DNA from: Chiloscyllium plagiosum
Lineage: Eukaryota
Length of the DNA stretch: 64,000 bases
Assembly: GCF_004010195.1 (NCBI RefSeq)
Contig: NC_057721.1
Location: forward strand, 43,967,761 to 44,031,760
Reading direction: 5' to 3'
Made by a program: the position numbers and the translations under genes. Within the stretch, counting starts at the first letter, position 1, and every line of letters begins with the position of its first letter. A model generated the notes under the pieces. It made no database searches. It saw only the letters and a program-made list of their open reading frames with translations, and was not told the DNA's origin. Positions 50,331 to 61,900 of the stretch are shown here, one piece after another.

Positions 50331-51449
50331 ATTCATGTGCTTGGTGAATGTTTCTAGCAGGTTTTCATTCCTTATGGTTCATCTCCAGTGCCATTGCTTA
50401 GAGAGAATTGTAAAAGTGTTTGACCTTATCTCCTGGAAACAGATTTCCTCAAATCAAATTTGATCAGTTTTCATACCCCAAAACATATCTTTTTTTTTCT
50501 AGAAAACAGGGGCAAATGATTGTTTGCCAGGGCTAGTCCTCCTTTCAAATTGCCCCACTTAATTTTTCTTTTACTTCCTACAGCACCTTTTTTAGCCAGT
50601 GGTCCTTAAACGACCAGTATACAGAAAGTAAAGCCAAGGGGAATCCAAATGTTCTCATTGGTTCTAAAGAAATTTTGCATGTTTGCTTGTCTCTTGTTCT
50701 GCTTCTCCTATGCTGCCTGGATCTTGCTGAGGCTTGCTGTTGACAGGGAAGATCTGCCAATTGAAGAGCTCTGGGTTTGTAACATGACTGAAATGGTGCA
50801 GGGGGGAAGCTCTGTGCAAAGGGAAACATGGGAACAAAAACAGAAGTCCATGGTAAAGCTCATGCAGGTACCCATGGCCACCTCTCTGACCTGAAGATAA
50901 TGAGAGACTGAACTTGGAGGCAGTGGAGGAGTGTGGGTAAGATTAACAAACAAAATGAGGTTGGTGACTAGTTGATGCGATGACATATTTCATGGTGGGG
51001 TCATGGTCCTGGATGGATAGGAGGAAGTATCTGAGAGCTGGCACTTGGCCTCTGCAACATGGAGGTTGGTCCCCCAGACTCCAGCAGCACCACCTTTACC
51101 AGCAGGCTTAATAACAAAGTCAGGGCTGGATCCCCCCCCCCCCCCCCCCCCAATTTAAGGGCCTGTCAGAGGCCTTTTTAGTGGTTGTGCACCTCATGAT
51201 GAACACCTATCATTCACTACTTTTGCACACTTCTGAACTGCTCCATTATAGATCACTGTGAGCCACCCCTCAACAAATTTACACAATACAAACAATTATG
51301 AACTAGTTATTCTTTGTGTGCTCCCTTGGTGTCTTATACTGTTTGCCCTTGGGCTTCTATGCAGAGAGCTCTTGATTTTCAGTTCCCCTGACTTATGGGG
51401 GAGATTGCACATGGTGTGGCAGAATGCTGTTTGGGTTTTGCCTTGAGGC

Positions 51450-54400
51450 CACAAGATCATTAAAAATATAGGAGCAGAATTATGCTATTTGGCCCATCAA
51501 AATGATTCCACCGTTCAATCCTTTTCCTTTCCTTTCTTTTCCTTTCCTTCCATTCCTTTCTCCCCGATAAACAGTGTATTTCTGACAAAGATAGGTTCTT
51601 AATTAGTAAGGGATCAATGACTTGGCCTTAACAGCCTTCTGCAGCTGCTTTGTCCATTCTTAGTCTGTCCAAGTTCTTCTGCAGCCCCTTTGCTTCTCAA
51701 CACTACCTTTCCCTCCACCTATCTTTGTCTCATCTGCACACTTAGCAACAATGTCCTCCATTCCATCATTTGAATTTTTAATGCATAACACAACATGAAC
51801 AGTTGTGGTCTGAACACTGACCTCTGCATAACTCTACTAGGCACCAGCTGCCACTGCCTAAAGAGACCTCATTTATCCCCACTCTCTGCCTTCTGCCAGT
51901 CAGCCAATCCTCTATCCAGTACCTTGCCCCCAAGACACTCCTGTACAGTACTTTTTCAAAGGCCTTCTGGAAATCCAAATAGATCACATCCACTGGCTTT
52001 CCTTTGTTTAACTCGCTTGTTACTTCCTGAAATAGTTCTAACCGATTTGTCAGATGTGAGTTCCTTTTGATGATGCAGTGCTTACTCAGCCTGTTTTACC
52101 ATGTATTCCACAATCTCACTCTTAATGGATTCAAACTTCTTACCAACACCCAAGATCAGGCTAACAGGCCTAAAGTTTCCTGTCTTCTGGCTTCTCCACC
52201 CCCACCCCCACTTCTTAAACAGGGATATCCTTAGGACCCTACCTGACGGAGTCCTGAAAGATCACCACTAATGCCCTGCAATCCCCTCTGCTTTCTCCTC
52301 AGAACTCTGGGGTGTAATCTATCTGGTCCTAGTGATTTATCTACCCTCAGACCTTTCAGCTTCATCAGCAGTTTGTTCTTAGTATAGGCCACTCACTCAC
52401 TTCTGCCCCTTTACTCTCTAAGTTCTGGTATACTGCTGGTGTCTTCCACTGTGAAAATGATGCAAAGTACCTGTTCAGTTCCTCCACTTTTTTGTTTCGC
52501 ATTACTACTCCTCCAGCCTCATTTTCCAGTGGTCTATCTCTCTAACACCTCGCTATATCTTAAAGAAACTCTTGTGATCACCTTTTATATTACTAGCTAG
52601 CTTGTTTATCCTCTTATTTCATCATCACCCATTTATTGTTTTTTTTTTAATTTAAGTTATCCTCTTTTGGCTTTTAAAGGCTTCTCAACCTTTGGCTTCC
52701 CACTAGGGGAAGTTTTTAATGCTGTCCCTGACTTCCCTTGTCAGCCACGGTTACGTCATTCTCTCCTTATGTTGTTTCTTCCTTGGGATGAATTTCAGCT
52801 GTGCCTCCGAATTACCTTCAGCCACTTGTACCATTGTGGTTCTGCCACCATCCCTTCCCGTCAACTCTGGCCAGCTCCTCCTTCATGTCTTTTACTCTAT
52901 CATCTTTATATCTGATTCTAGCTTCTCTCTCAAACTACAGGCTCATGTTATGTTATGGTCACTGCGCTCCTGGGGTTCCTTCACCTTAAGATCCATAATC
53001 AAGTCTACCTCATTACTCGTCAACAAATTCAGAATTGCCTGTTCCCTAGTGGGATCTTCCAAAAAAAATCTCCTCTGATATTCTACAAGTTCCTTCTCTT
53101 AATATCCACTACAACCTGATTTTCCCAGTATACCTGCATATTGAAGACCCCCAATGCTTATTTTAAAAGGGCCTGCCTTGTATGCCTTTTCAATCTCCAG
53201 ATTTATTTTCTTCCCTATACCTTGACTGCTGCTTGGAAGCTAATACACACCTCCCATCAGCATCTTTTTCAATTTGCAGTTTCCCAACCCTAGTCTCACA
53301 GATGTTATGCCGACTGACGACATATCCCTTTTCACTGTTGATTTAATTATTTTACTAACAAGGTAACCCTATCCATCTGCCTGTCTTTTTTGGTAGGACT
53401 TGTATCCTTGGGTACTTAGACCCCCTTGCAGTCACATTTGAAATACCCATATTTTTACTCACCACTTTCAATCTGCACTAAAGTTCATTTAACTTGTTTT
53501 ATATCCTGTGTGCACTGCAGGACAAATCTTCAGACCTGCATCAACTGACCCCACTTTGCACAATTATCTGCTGTGCCTGATGTTAGATTCCTGACCCTTT
53601 CTGTACTCTGGAAATGTTAATAGGCTGCACTGATCCTCCTTCCCCCACCTACAGCTTATCTTCCCCACCCCAAACATTTTCCATAATTTAATGCAACTGA
53701 ACCCATTCCCCCACTATTTAGATTAAAACCCTATTCACAGCCTTTATATCATTTGCCAGGACCCTGGTGTCAGCATGATTTGGGGAGCTGATTTCATTTG
53801 AACAGTTCTTTCCTTCCCAAGTACTGATGTATCATGCGTTTGAACCGGTTTCTCCCACACCAATCTTTGAGCTGCGCATTTCCCTCTGTAATCTTGGGTT
53901 GACCTTGTGCCAATTTGTTTGTAGCTCAAGTAGTCTGAAGATTATTACCTTTTTTTGTTTCCTGTTTATGAACAGCTAGGGCTAAATTATTCTCACAGGT
54001 AGAAAGAGGTTCTGCTGAATCATTGGTACCTACATGGGCTATGACGACTGGATCTTTCATCTCCCACTTCAAGTTCTTCTGAAACCCAGATGACATAACC
54101 TGCAGCTGAGTACCAGGCAGACAGCATAGCCTTTAGGACTCAGACTTGGCCGCAGAGAACACTACCTGTGAACCTGACTACTCTATCCCTGATTACAACT
54201 ACATTTCTCTTTATAGAGCCCCATTCGCCTCCATACATGAGCAAGAATCTCAAACTTATTTGACAAATCAAGGGCTGAGGCTCCTTCAGCACCTTCTCCT
54301 GGATCCTGCTACCTGCCTCACGCATAATCACATCACTCTGGCCCTGACCACTGACTGTGACTGAAAACAGTGTCCAGGTGAGTCTTCCCCCTCTCAACGT

Positions 54401-54460
54401 GTCAAGGTGTTTGAAGCTCAGAATCCAACTCACCAACTCTGAGCCGAGTTGCTCAAGCTA
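51450..54460 (-). mobile_element. Old, internally deleted, near full-length CR1 (ORF1 esterase, EN, RT, tail)
   Basis: MDVIYLDFQKAFEKV...WIEDWLTGRRQRVGIN (51778-51993); NVVVIRDRVVRFTGSVLCG, a decayed VVIGDSIVRG esterase motif (54140-54436). Confidence 0.75.
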
Positions 54461-54471
54461 CCAACACTTAA

Positions 54472-55130
54472 GAGTCGTAGAGAAGTTCAGTATGGAAACA
54501 GACCTTTCAGACCAACTTGTCCACGTCGATCAGATCTCCTAAATAAACATAATCGCATTTGGCCCATATCCCTCTAAACTGTTCCTATTCATTCACCCAT
54601 CCAGCCGCCTCCACTTCCTCTGGCAGCTCATTCCATAGATGCACCACCCTCTCCATGAAAAAGTTGCTCCTTAGGTTCCCATAATTTATTTCCCCTGTCA
54701 TCCTAACCCTATGCCCTCTAGTTTTGGACTCCACGCTGGGGAAAAGGACTTGTCTATTTACCCCATCCATGCCCCTCATTATTTTAAAAGCCTCTAGAAG
54801 ACAACACCTAAGCCTCTAACACTTCAGGGAAACGTAACCAGAGTCTATTCAGCCTCTCGCTGTAGCTCCAACCCTGGCAACACCCTTGTAAATCTTTTCT
54901 GAACACTTTCAAGTTTCACAACATCCTTCCGATAGGAAGGAGACTAGAACCAACTACAGCATTCCAAAAGCAGCTTAATCAATGTCCTTTACAGCAGCAA
55001 CATGACCTCTTCACTCCTATACTCTATGCACTGACCAATAAAGGCAAGTCTACCAAATTCCACCTTCACTACCCTAGCTAAAGACAACTCTACTTCCAAT
55101 GAACTATAAACTTGTATTCCAAGGTCTTGC
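54472..55130 (-). mobile_element. CR1 3' fragment
   Basis: SKTRGHRVR...NFFMERVVHLWNELPEEV; homologous to 7674-8370. Confidence 0.88.
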
Positions 55131-55164
55131 TATCGACATGGTCAATACAAACCACAAAGGTGAA

Positions 55165-55748
55165 GAGGGTGGTGTTGGAAAAGCACAGCCTGCTGGGCAG
55201 CATCTAAGGAGCAGGAGAATCGAAATTTCAGGCATAAGCTCTTCAGCAGGAATGAGGCTTGTGGGCCAAGGTGGCTGAGAGATAAATGGGAGGGGTTGGG
55301 GCTAGGGGAAGGTAACTGGGAATGTGATGGGTAGATGAAGGTGGGGTTGAAAGTGATAGGTGAGAGAGGAGGGTCGAGCAGACAGGTGGGAAGGAAAATG
55401 GGCAGGTAGGACTGTTCAAGAGGGTAGTGCTGAGATAAGGTGGGGTGGGAGGGAAAATGGGGAAACTGGTGAAATCCACATTGATCTTGTGTGGTTGCAA
55501 GGTACCGATGTGTTCTTCCTCCAGGTGTTGGGTAGTAAGGGTTAGGTGAGTTTGGAGGGGGGAGTTAAAGTGTTCAGCCGTGGGGCTGGTGGGCCAGAGA
55601 TGTTCTCTGAAATGATTCACAAGCTGGTATCCTGTCTCCCCAGTGTAGAGGAGACCACATCGGGAGCAATAGATACAGTAGATGACGTGTGTGGAAGTAC
55701 AGGTAAATTTCTGTCAGATGTGGATCTGCAGTCCTCACTTTCTCCTAG
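55165..55748 (-). mobile_element. 5'-truncated Penelope-like element (GIY-YIG C-terminus plus pLTR) with a short inverted terminus
   Basis: HFREH...AEHFNSP...LEEEH.GTLQPHKINVDF; homologous to 57080-57720. atctgcagtcctcactttctcctag at 55724-55748 is the terminus in the opposite orientation. Confidence 0.88.
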
Positions 55749-57037
55749 TTGATGAACCAAAGGGTTCCACCAACTCCCACATCATGCAAGTAGAAGATAT
55801 TGTCTGGCCCAGTATCACTTTTTAAATTACTTGTTTCTTAATTTGTAAAAATTCATAATAGTCTTTTAGTTTGTCGCTTGTAAATATTTAACCTATTTAC
55901 CTTAATTTTGGAAGTAACCTATAATAGTTGGTTACTAATTTGACTATCACCAACCAATGAACTTAAGGTTTTCGTGGGATGTCAGTATTCTGTGCTGGGT
56001 CCCTCATCCTGGGCTTTAATTTATTCCGTTTTAAAAACAAAACCTTATAAACAAGACAAAAAGAAAAAGCAAGCAAAAAGCACCTTGTTCACCTCTGCAC
56101 TGAATTCCCCTGTTGTCTCCAAATTCCTTGATCTGTATACTCACACCAGATGTAATCTCTCCTTCCTGACTGTGTGAAGCTTACTGATCAGGCCCAGCAT
56201 TAGACTGTACCAACTTGCAACTGAATCAGCTGGATGGGTGATGAGGGCACTGATATTATTAGAGTGGTGTAAACATGAACACCATGATCTAGAGGACAGT
56301 AAGCTGACACTCCGGGATGCCATGTCACTGTTAACTGGAAGCACCTCCACAACCTGATGATGATAGATTGCCGGGCTGCTGAGAGACCCTCCAGAGCACT
56401 AGTATCCGCAGCCATGGTACAACAGAACCCTGAAATTTTATAGAAAACAAAAGCTGAAATTTTGTCATTTCTGTCTGAGCTGCAATGAATCACTGCAGTG
56501 CTCCTGTGCTTTGGCAAAATCCAAATATGGGCCACAGCTGCTCCTTCCTGTTTGATTCTGCTGGTGCTCTCACAGGGTCAGTCAGCATTTGCTGTACTCC
56601 AAGCTGCCACAGTTTAGAGCTCAAATATTTCACTCTCCTGACAGTAATAGAAGATTGTCTAGCAGGCCTGTTGGTTTATGAAGCATCTTGTTTCCGTGCA
56701 TTAGTATTGTTTTTTTGGCCACCCTCCTCAAAAGTCCATATCTGAGACCTTTATAACACAGCTCCTCCGTGACCTCACCATCCAGGGACTTGTACATAAG
56801 CTATGCATTCCCTCTCTCCTCAATACGTCGATAAGGGTGAGGAGGGATTTGAGGTGGGGTGTAGGACAATCAAGTATTGTCTTCCTTGCAGTGACCAGTC
56901 CTGTGTGATCCTCAGCACCATCTCCTTCATCACACTCCGGTGACGTCTGGCAGCCTCCTGCCAACAGACTGATCATCTCTCCTGACATGTGAGACTTCAT
57001 GCAATGGAGAGGGCAGAATGTCAGGGATTTGTATTGG

Positions 57038-58485
57038 AGGAGAAAGCGAGGACTGCAGATGCTGGAGATCAGAATCGAGAGTGTGCTGCTGGAAAAGCAC
57101 AGCAGGTCAGGCAGCATCTGAGGAGCAGGAGAATCGATGTTTTGGGCATAAGCCTTTCATCAGGAATGAAGCTTGTGGGCCAAGGGGGCTGAGAGATAAA
57201 TGGGATGGGGTGGGGGGGGGGGGGGGGGGGGAAGGTAGCTGGGAATGTGATAGGTAGATAAAGGTGGCTTAAAAAAAAGTGATAAGTCAAAGAGGATGGT
57301 GGAGCGGACAGGTGGGAAGGAAAATGGATAGGTTAAGCATGCGGTGCCGAGTTGGAGGCTTGGGACTTGGATGAGGTTAGGGGAGGGAAAATGAGGAACC
57401 TGGTGAAATCCACATTGCTCCTGTGTGGTTGCAGGGTCCCAAGACAGAAGATGAGGCATTCTTCCTCCAGGTATTGGGTGGTTAGGAATTGGTGATAGAG
57501 GAGGCCCAGCACCTGCATGTCCTTGATAAAGCGGGAGGGGGAGTTGAAGTGTTCGGCCACAGGGTGGTGGGATTTGTTGGTGTGACTGTCCCAGACATGT
57601 TCTCTGAAATGATCCACAACTTGGCATCCTGTCTCCCCAATGTAGCGGAGACCATTTTGGGTGCAACGGATACAATAGATGACGTGTAGAAATCCAGGTA
57701 AATTTCTTTCGGATGTGGAAGGATCCTTTGGGGCCTTGGACGGAGGTGAGGGGGGAGGTGTGGGTGCAGGTTTTGCACTTTCTGCGGTGGCAGGGGAAGG
57801 TGCCAGGAGTGGGCTGGTGGGGAGTGGGGTGGGGTGCGTGAATTTGATAAGGGGGTCATGGAGGGAATGATATCTCCAAAATGCTGATGGGGTGGGGCGG
57901 GAAATATATTCCTAGTGGTGGGGTCTGCTTGTAGGTGGCAGAAGTGGCTGAGGATGATGCAATGTATCTGGAGGTTGATGGGTGGAAGGTGAGGACCAGG
58001 GGGGTTCTGTCCTTGTTGTGATTGGTGAAGTGGGGTTCAAGGATGGAGATGTGAGTAGTGGAGGAGATGCGCTGGAGGGTATCGATGATCACGTGAGAGG
58101 GGAAATTGCGGCCTATAAAGGAGGAGGCCATCTGGGATGTTCTATGGAATTGGTTGTCCTGGGAATAGATGCAGCAGTGGTGGAGGAATTGGGAAATAAA
58201 GGACAGCATTTTTACAGGATCCAGGTGAAATTGACGTCAGGGTGGAAGGTGTTGGCATGGAGATAGATGTGAGTAGTGGAGGAGATCCGCTGGAGGGTAT
58301 TGATGATCACGTGAGAGGGGAAATTGCGGCCTTTAAAGGAGGAGGCCATCTGGGATGTTCTATGGTGGAATTGGTCGTCCTGGGAATAGATGCAGCAGTG
58401 GTGGAGGAATTGGGAAATAAAGGCCATCATTTTTACAGGATCCAGGTGAAATTGAGGTCAGGGTGGAAGGTGTTGGCATGGAGAT
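57038..58485 (-). mobile_element. Penelope-like retroelement remnant (RT C-terminus, linker, GIY-YIG endonuclease, pLTR with hammerhead)
   Basis: NTFHPDVNFTW; SQFLHHCCIYS...RTSQMASSFKGRNFPSHVI; KDRTPLVLTFHP; DHFREH..HPVAEHFNSP..DMQVLGL..LEEECLIFCLGTLQP. Reverse strand CTGATGA-AAGGC(TTAT)GCCC-AAAACATC at about 57135-57163. Confidence 0.93.
58047..58485. repeat. Tandem duplication (218 + 221 bp) inside the PLE
   Basis: Units 58047-58264 and 58265-58485, with a few substitutions and one 3-bp indel. Confidence 0.93.
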
Positions 58486-58674
58486 GCGGCTGAGACGTTG
58501 TAAATGAATCGAGAGAGAATGCTGAAGGAATGGCTGTAGTGTACTGAGAAAGAGTAGAATTTAGTGGCTTGTTGAATAAAAGGCAAATTGAAGATGCATT
58601 CATAGACATTACGCCATTATGTTAAATTGTGGAATTAAATGCTTGTCTAGCAGCACCTTGTAACTATTGTTCAT

Positions 58675-58855
58675 TGTAATGAAAACACATCTGGTTCACT
58701 AATGGCCTTTAGTGAAATAAATCTGCATCCTTACCCAGTCTCCAGACACACAGCACTATGGTTAATTCACCTGCTGTCTGAAATGGTTTAACTACTCCAT
58801 CAATGGTCACACCATCAATGGTCACACCAGCAATGTCCACATCCCATACGAGATT
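58675..58855 (+). mobile_element. Partial SINE (family-B tail type)
   Basis: catctggttcactaatggcctttag...ctccagacacacagc; homologous to 30955-31135. Confidence 0.6.
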
Positions 58856-59009
58856 TTTTTAAAAATGTGATTTAGACTCCCTTCCAGCAGTTAGTTAAAT
58901 TGTCAAGGTACAAACTCTGAGCATTGACATTCCTAGCCATCTCCTCCCATTCTCTGTGGAGGGTCTGGCAAAAAGCCAAAAGAAATATGGCTTGTTTGTG
59001 GAGTCCATC

Positions 59010-59910
59010 TTAGAGTCATAGAGATGTACAGCATGGAAACAGACCCTTCGGTCCAAGCCATCCATGCCGACCAGATATCCCAACCCAATCTAGTCCCACC
59101 TGCCAGCACCCGGCCATATGCCTCCAAACCCTTCCTATTCATATACCCATCCAAATGCCTCTTAAATGTTGTAATTGTACCAGCCTCTACCACTTCCTCT
59201 GGCAGCTCATTCCATACACATACCACCCTCTGCGTGAAAAAGTTGCCCCTTAGGTCTCTTTAATATCTTTCCCCTCTCACCCTAAACCTATGCCCTCTAG
59301 TTCTGGACTCCCCGAACCCAGGGAAAAGACTTTGTCTATCCATACCCCTCATGATTTTGTAAAACTCTACAAGGTCACCCCTCAGCCTCCGGTGCTCCAG
59401 GGAAAACAGCCCAAGCCTGTTCAACCTCTTCCTATAGCTCAAATCCTCCAACCCTAGCAACATCCTTGTAAATCTTTTCTGAACCCTTTCAAGTTTCACA
59501 GCATCTTTCCGATAGGAAGGAGACCAGAATTGCATGCAATATTCCAACAGTAGGTAACCAATTTCCTGTACAGCCGCAACATGACATCCCAACTCCTGTA
59601 GGAGAAAGTGAGGACTGCAGATGCTGGAGACCAGAGTTGAAAAATGTGGTGCTGGAAAAACACAGCAGGGCAGGCAGCATCCAAGGAGCAGGTCCTGCTC
59701 CTCGGATGCTGCCTGGCCTGCTGTGTTTTTACCAGCACCACATTTTTCAATCCCTACTCCTTTACTCAATACTCTGACCAGTAAAGGAAAGCATATCAAA
59801 CACCTTCTTCACTGTCCTATCTACCTGCGACTCCACTTTCAAGGAGCTATGAATCTTTCACTCCAAGGTCTCTTTGTTCAGCAACACTCCCCAGGACTTT
59901 ACCATTATCT
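59010..59910 (-). mobile_element. CR1 3' fragment interrupted by a fold-back PLE insert
   Basis: LLEYCMQFWSPSYRKDAVKLERVQKRFTRML; very similar to 7674-8400. Confidence 0.95.
59601..59750. mobile_element. Fold-back Penelope pLTR element (family 1) with ~14-bp TSD
   Basis: Arms 59637-59692 and 59694-59750 with a 1-nt spacer. TCCCAACTCCTGTA (59587-59600) versus TCCCTACTCCTTTA (59751-59764). Confidence 0.9.
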
Positions 59911-60626
59911 TCTTGACTCTCATGTACATTAATTAATCTTTGATTTTCTTTGCTGGGGTAATGTTCCATATATTTCTTTGCTTCCAGAATTGCATGATGT
60001 TGGCAACCTTTAGACCTCACTTGAGTGATCAACTGCCTTTTAAGAGATGGAGGCAAACTAGAGACAACATGTGTTATCTGTGCATCATGTTAGACCTCTA
60101 TTATGGTTGAAGCCTGTGAACAATGTGGTTGCACACCATAGCCATTTGAATGAGGCAGTACAAAATTAACATGCAGCTGGTCTCCAAGGTGATCCTCCGC
60201 TCCTGAAAGCTGAGCAATTCAATTCTGTTAAGCACACCAAGAATTAATATTTCCAGATGTATGAAATTGTATTTCTCTTTTCTAATTACCATAATAATCC
60301 TGAAAACATTTTTATAAAAGTCCAAGTACCATGGAAACGTTAATCAAATCATGAAGCAAACAATCTATCAAACGTTGTCACCTGACCTTGTCTTTTTGCT
60401 GAATTGAGATTTTCAAGAACAGCAATTATTTCAATTTATATAGTTCCGTTAGTGTAATAAACATTCCAAAGAGTTTTACAGAGGCATTATAAAACGAAAT
60501 ATTTCACTTTTACATTGGGTCAGGTGAAAACACCTTGGTTAAGACGGTACGTTTTGAGGACTGACTTAAATGAGGGAAATGAAGCAGAGATAATGGAGGA
60601 TGGAATGTGGGAGATCAACCATTGGA

Positions 60627-60908
60627 ATAGATTAGATTACTTACAGTGTGGAAGCAGGCCCTTTGGGCCAGCAAGTCCACACCGATCCGCCGAAGAGCAA
60701 CCCACCCAGACCCATTCCCCTAACACTATAGGCAATTTAGCATGGCCAATTCACCTAACCTGCACATCTTTGGACTGTGGGAGGAAACACACACAGACAC
60801 AGGGAGAATGTGCAAACTCCACACAGAGAGTCACCTGAGGCAGGAATTGAACCCAGGTCTCTGGTGCTGTGAGGCAGCAGTGCTGACCACTGTGCCACCA
60901 TGCTGCCC
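60627..60908 (-). mobile_element. tRNA-derived V-SINE (HE1-like)
   Basis: Homologous to 3441-3731; A and B boxes and V-domain on the reverse strand. Confidence 0.9.
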
Positions 60909-60914
60909 ATAATA

Positions 60915-61900
60915 GTCGAGACTAAGAATTTCAAAGGCATGAATGAGGGTTTCAGTGTCAGATGAACTGATCCAGAGGTAGAGTTGGATAATGTTATCAA
61001 GGTGTAAACAGGCATGGATTTGGCATGAATAAATAATTGAAATCTCATCCCAGGATCGAAACTAAGATTCTGAAGGGTCTGTTTCATCTTCCAATAATTG
61101 GCAGGGATAGGAATTGATTTGGTAGCTGGGGAATGTGGTTTGGAGCAGGCTTTAAATCTTCCCAAATTTAATTGGAGGAAATTTCTCATTTGGTATTTGA
61201 TGTCAAACAAGTAGTCTGATAATTTAGCAACAATGGAGGAGTGGAAAGCATTGTCGTGAAATAAAGGCATGTGTCATTGGCACACATGTGAGAGCTAACC
61301 GGTTTTCTGATTTTACCAGAAGGCAGAAATATCTGAGTAAATGCAAAGGGACAGAGATGGAGCAGTCTGGGCAGAGCGGATAGTGAGGGAGTGAAAAGAG
61401 ATGACATGCTTGATGGTTCTCTGGGTATAAGTGGGCAGATCAGAATGGCACCAAATGAATGCAGTTCTACCCTGGATAACAGTAGAGAGGAATTTGAGGA
61501 TAAACTGCCCAAGGTTGCAAATGATTTAGAATAGAGGGCAAAAGAAAGAACCTTTGTCATATTGAATGTCACTAGTGCCTTTGATAACAGATGTTTGATA
61601 CAATAGCAAGAGCACACACCTAATTGGAGGGAGTTCCCATAAAGAAGGGCAATAATGAGCTGGTAAAGGAGGTTAGGGTTGATGGATAATGTGAGCTTGG
61701 TAAAGGCAGTAAGGGGGATAGGAGACACAAGAGGAAAGTATGAGTTTACAGCTAGGACAGAGGAGGGAATGTTTAGTCTGATGGACTAGAAGGAGACAGG
61801 AAAGTAAGAGGAATAGTTGACTTGTTGTCTCTATCTTAATGACAGAAGTGTATGAGCTTTTTGTTGAAGATGTGGTGAGGGAAATGAATGAGCAATGTTT
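60915..61900 (-). mobile_element. Decayed L2-clade LINE RT remnant
   Basis: SSHMCANDTCLYF (decayed HxYADDTQLY), DIKYQMRNFLQLNLGR, NLSFDPGMRFQLFI. Confidence 0.6.

Noticed and set aside
51132-51151. C20 run, and the G run near 57212-57231, as G-quadruplex elements
   Set aside because: Simple homopolymer expansions, one of them inside a PLE; no evidence of function.
56170-57030. Possible Harbinger-type transposon remnant (similar impression at 50600-51200)
   Set aside because: No TIRs or convincing protein motif readable by eye; needs an HMM search.
58797-58841. Three 15-bp tandem units (ccatcaatggtcaca)
   Set aside because: Short slippage repeat inside a SINE; no spacers, so not CRISPR-like.
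59260-61728. ORFs of 171-180 aa on the minus strand
   Set aside because: Chimeric read-throughs of CR1, PLE, SINE and L2 remnants; no splice-supported gene.
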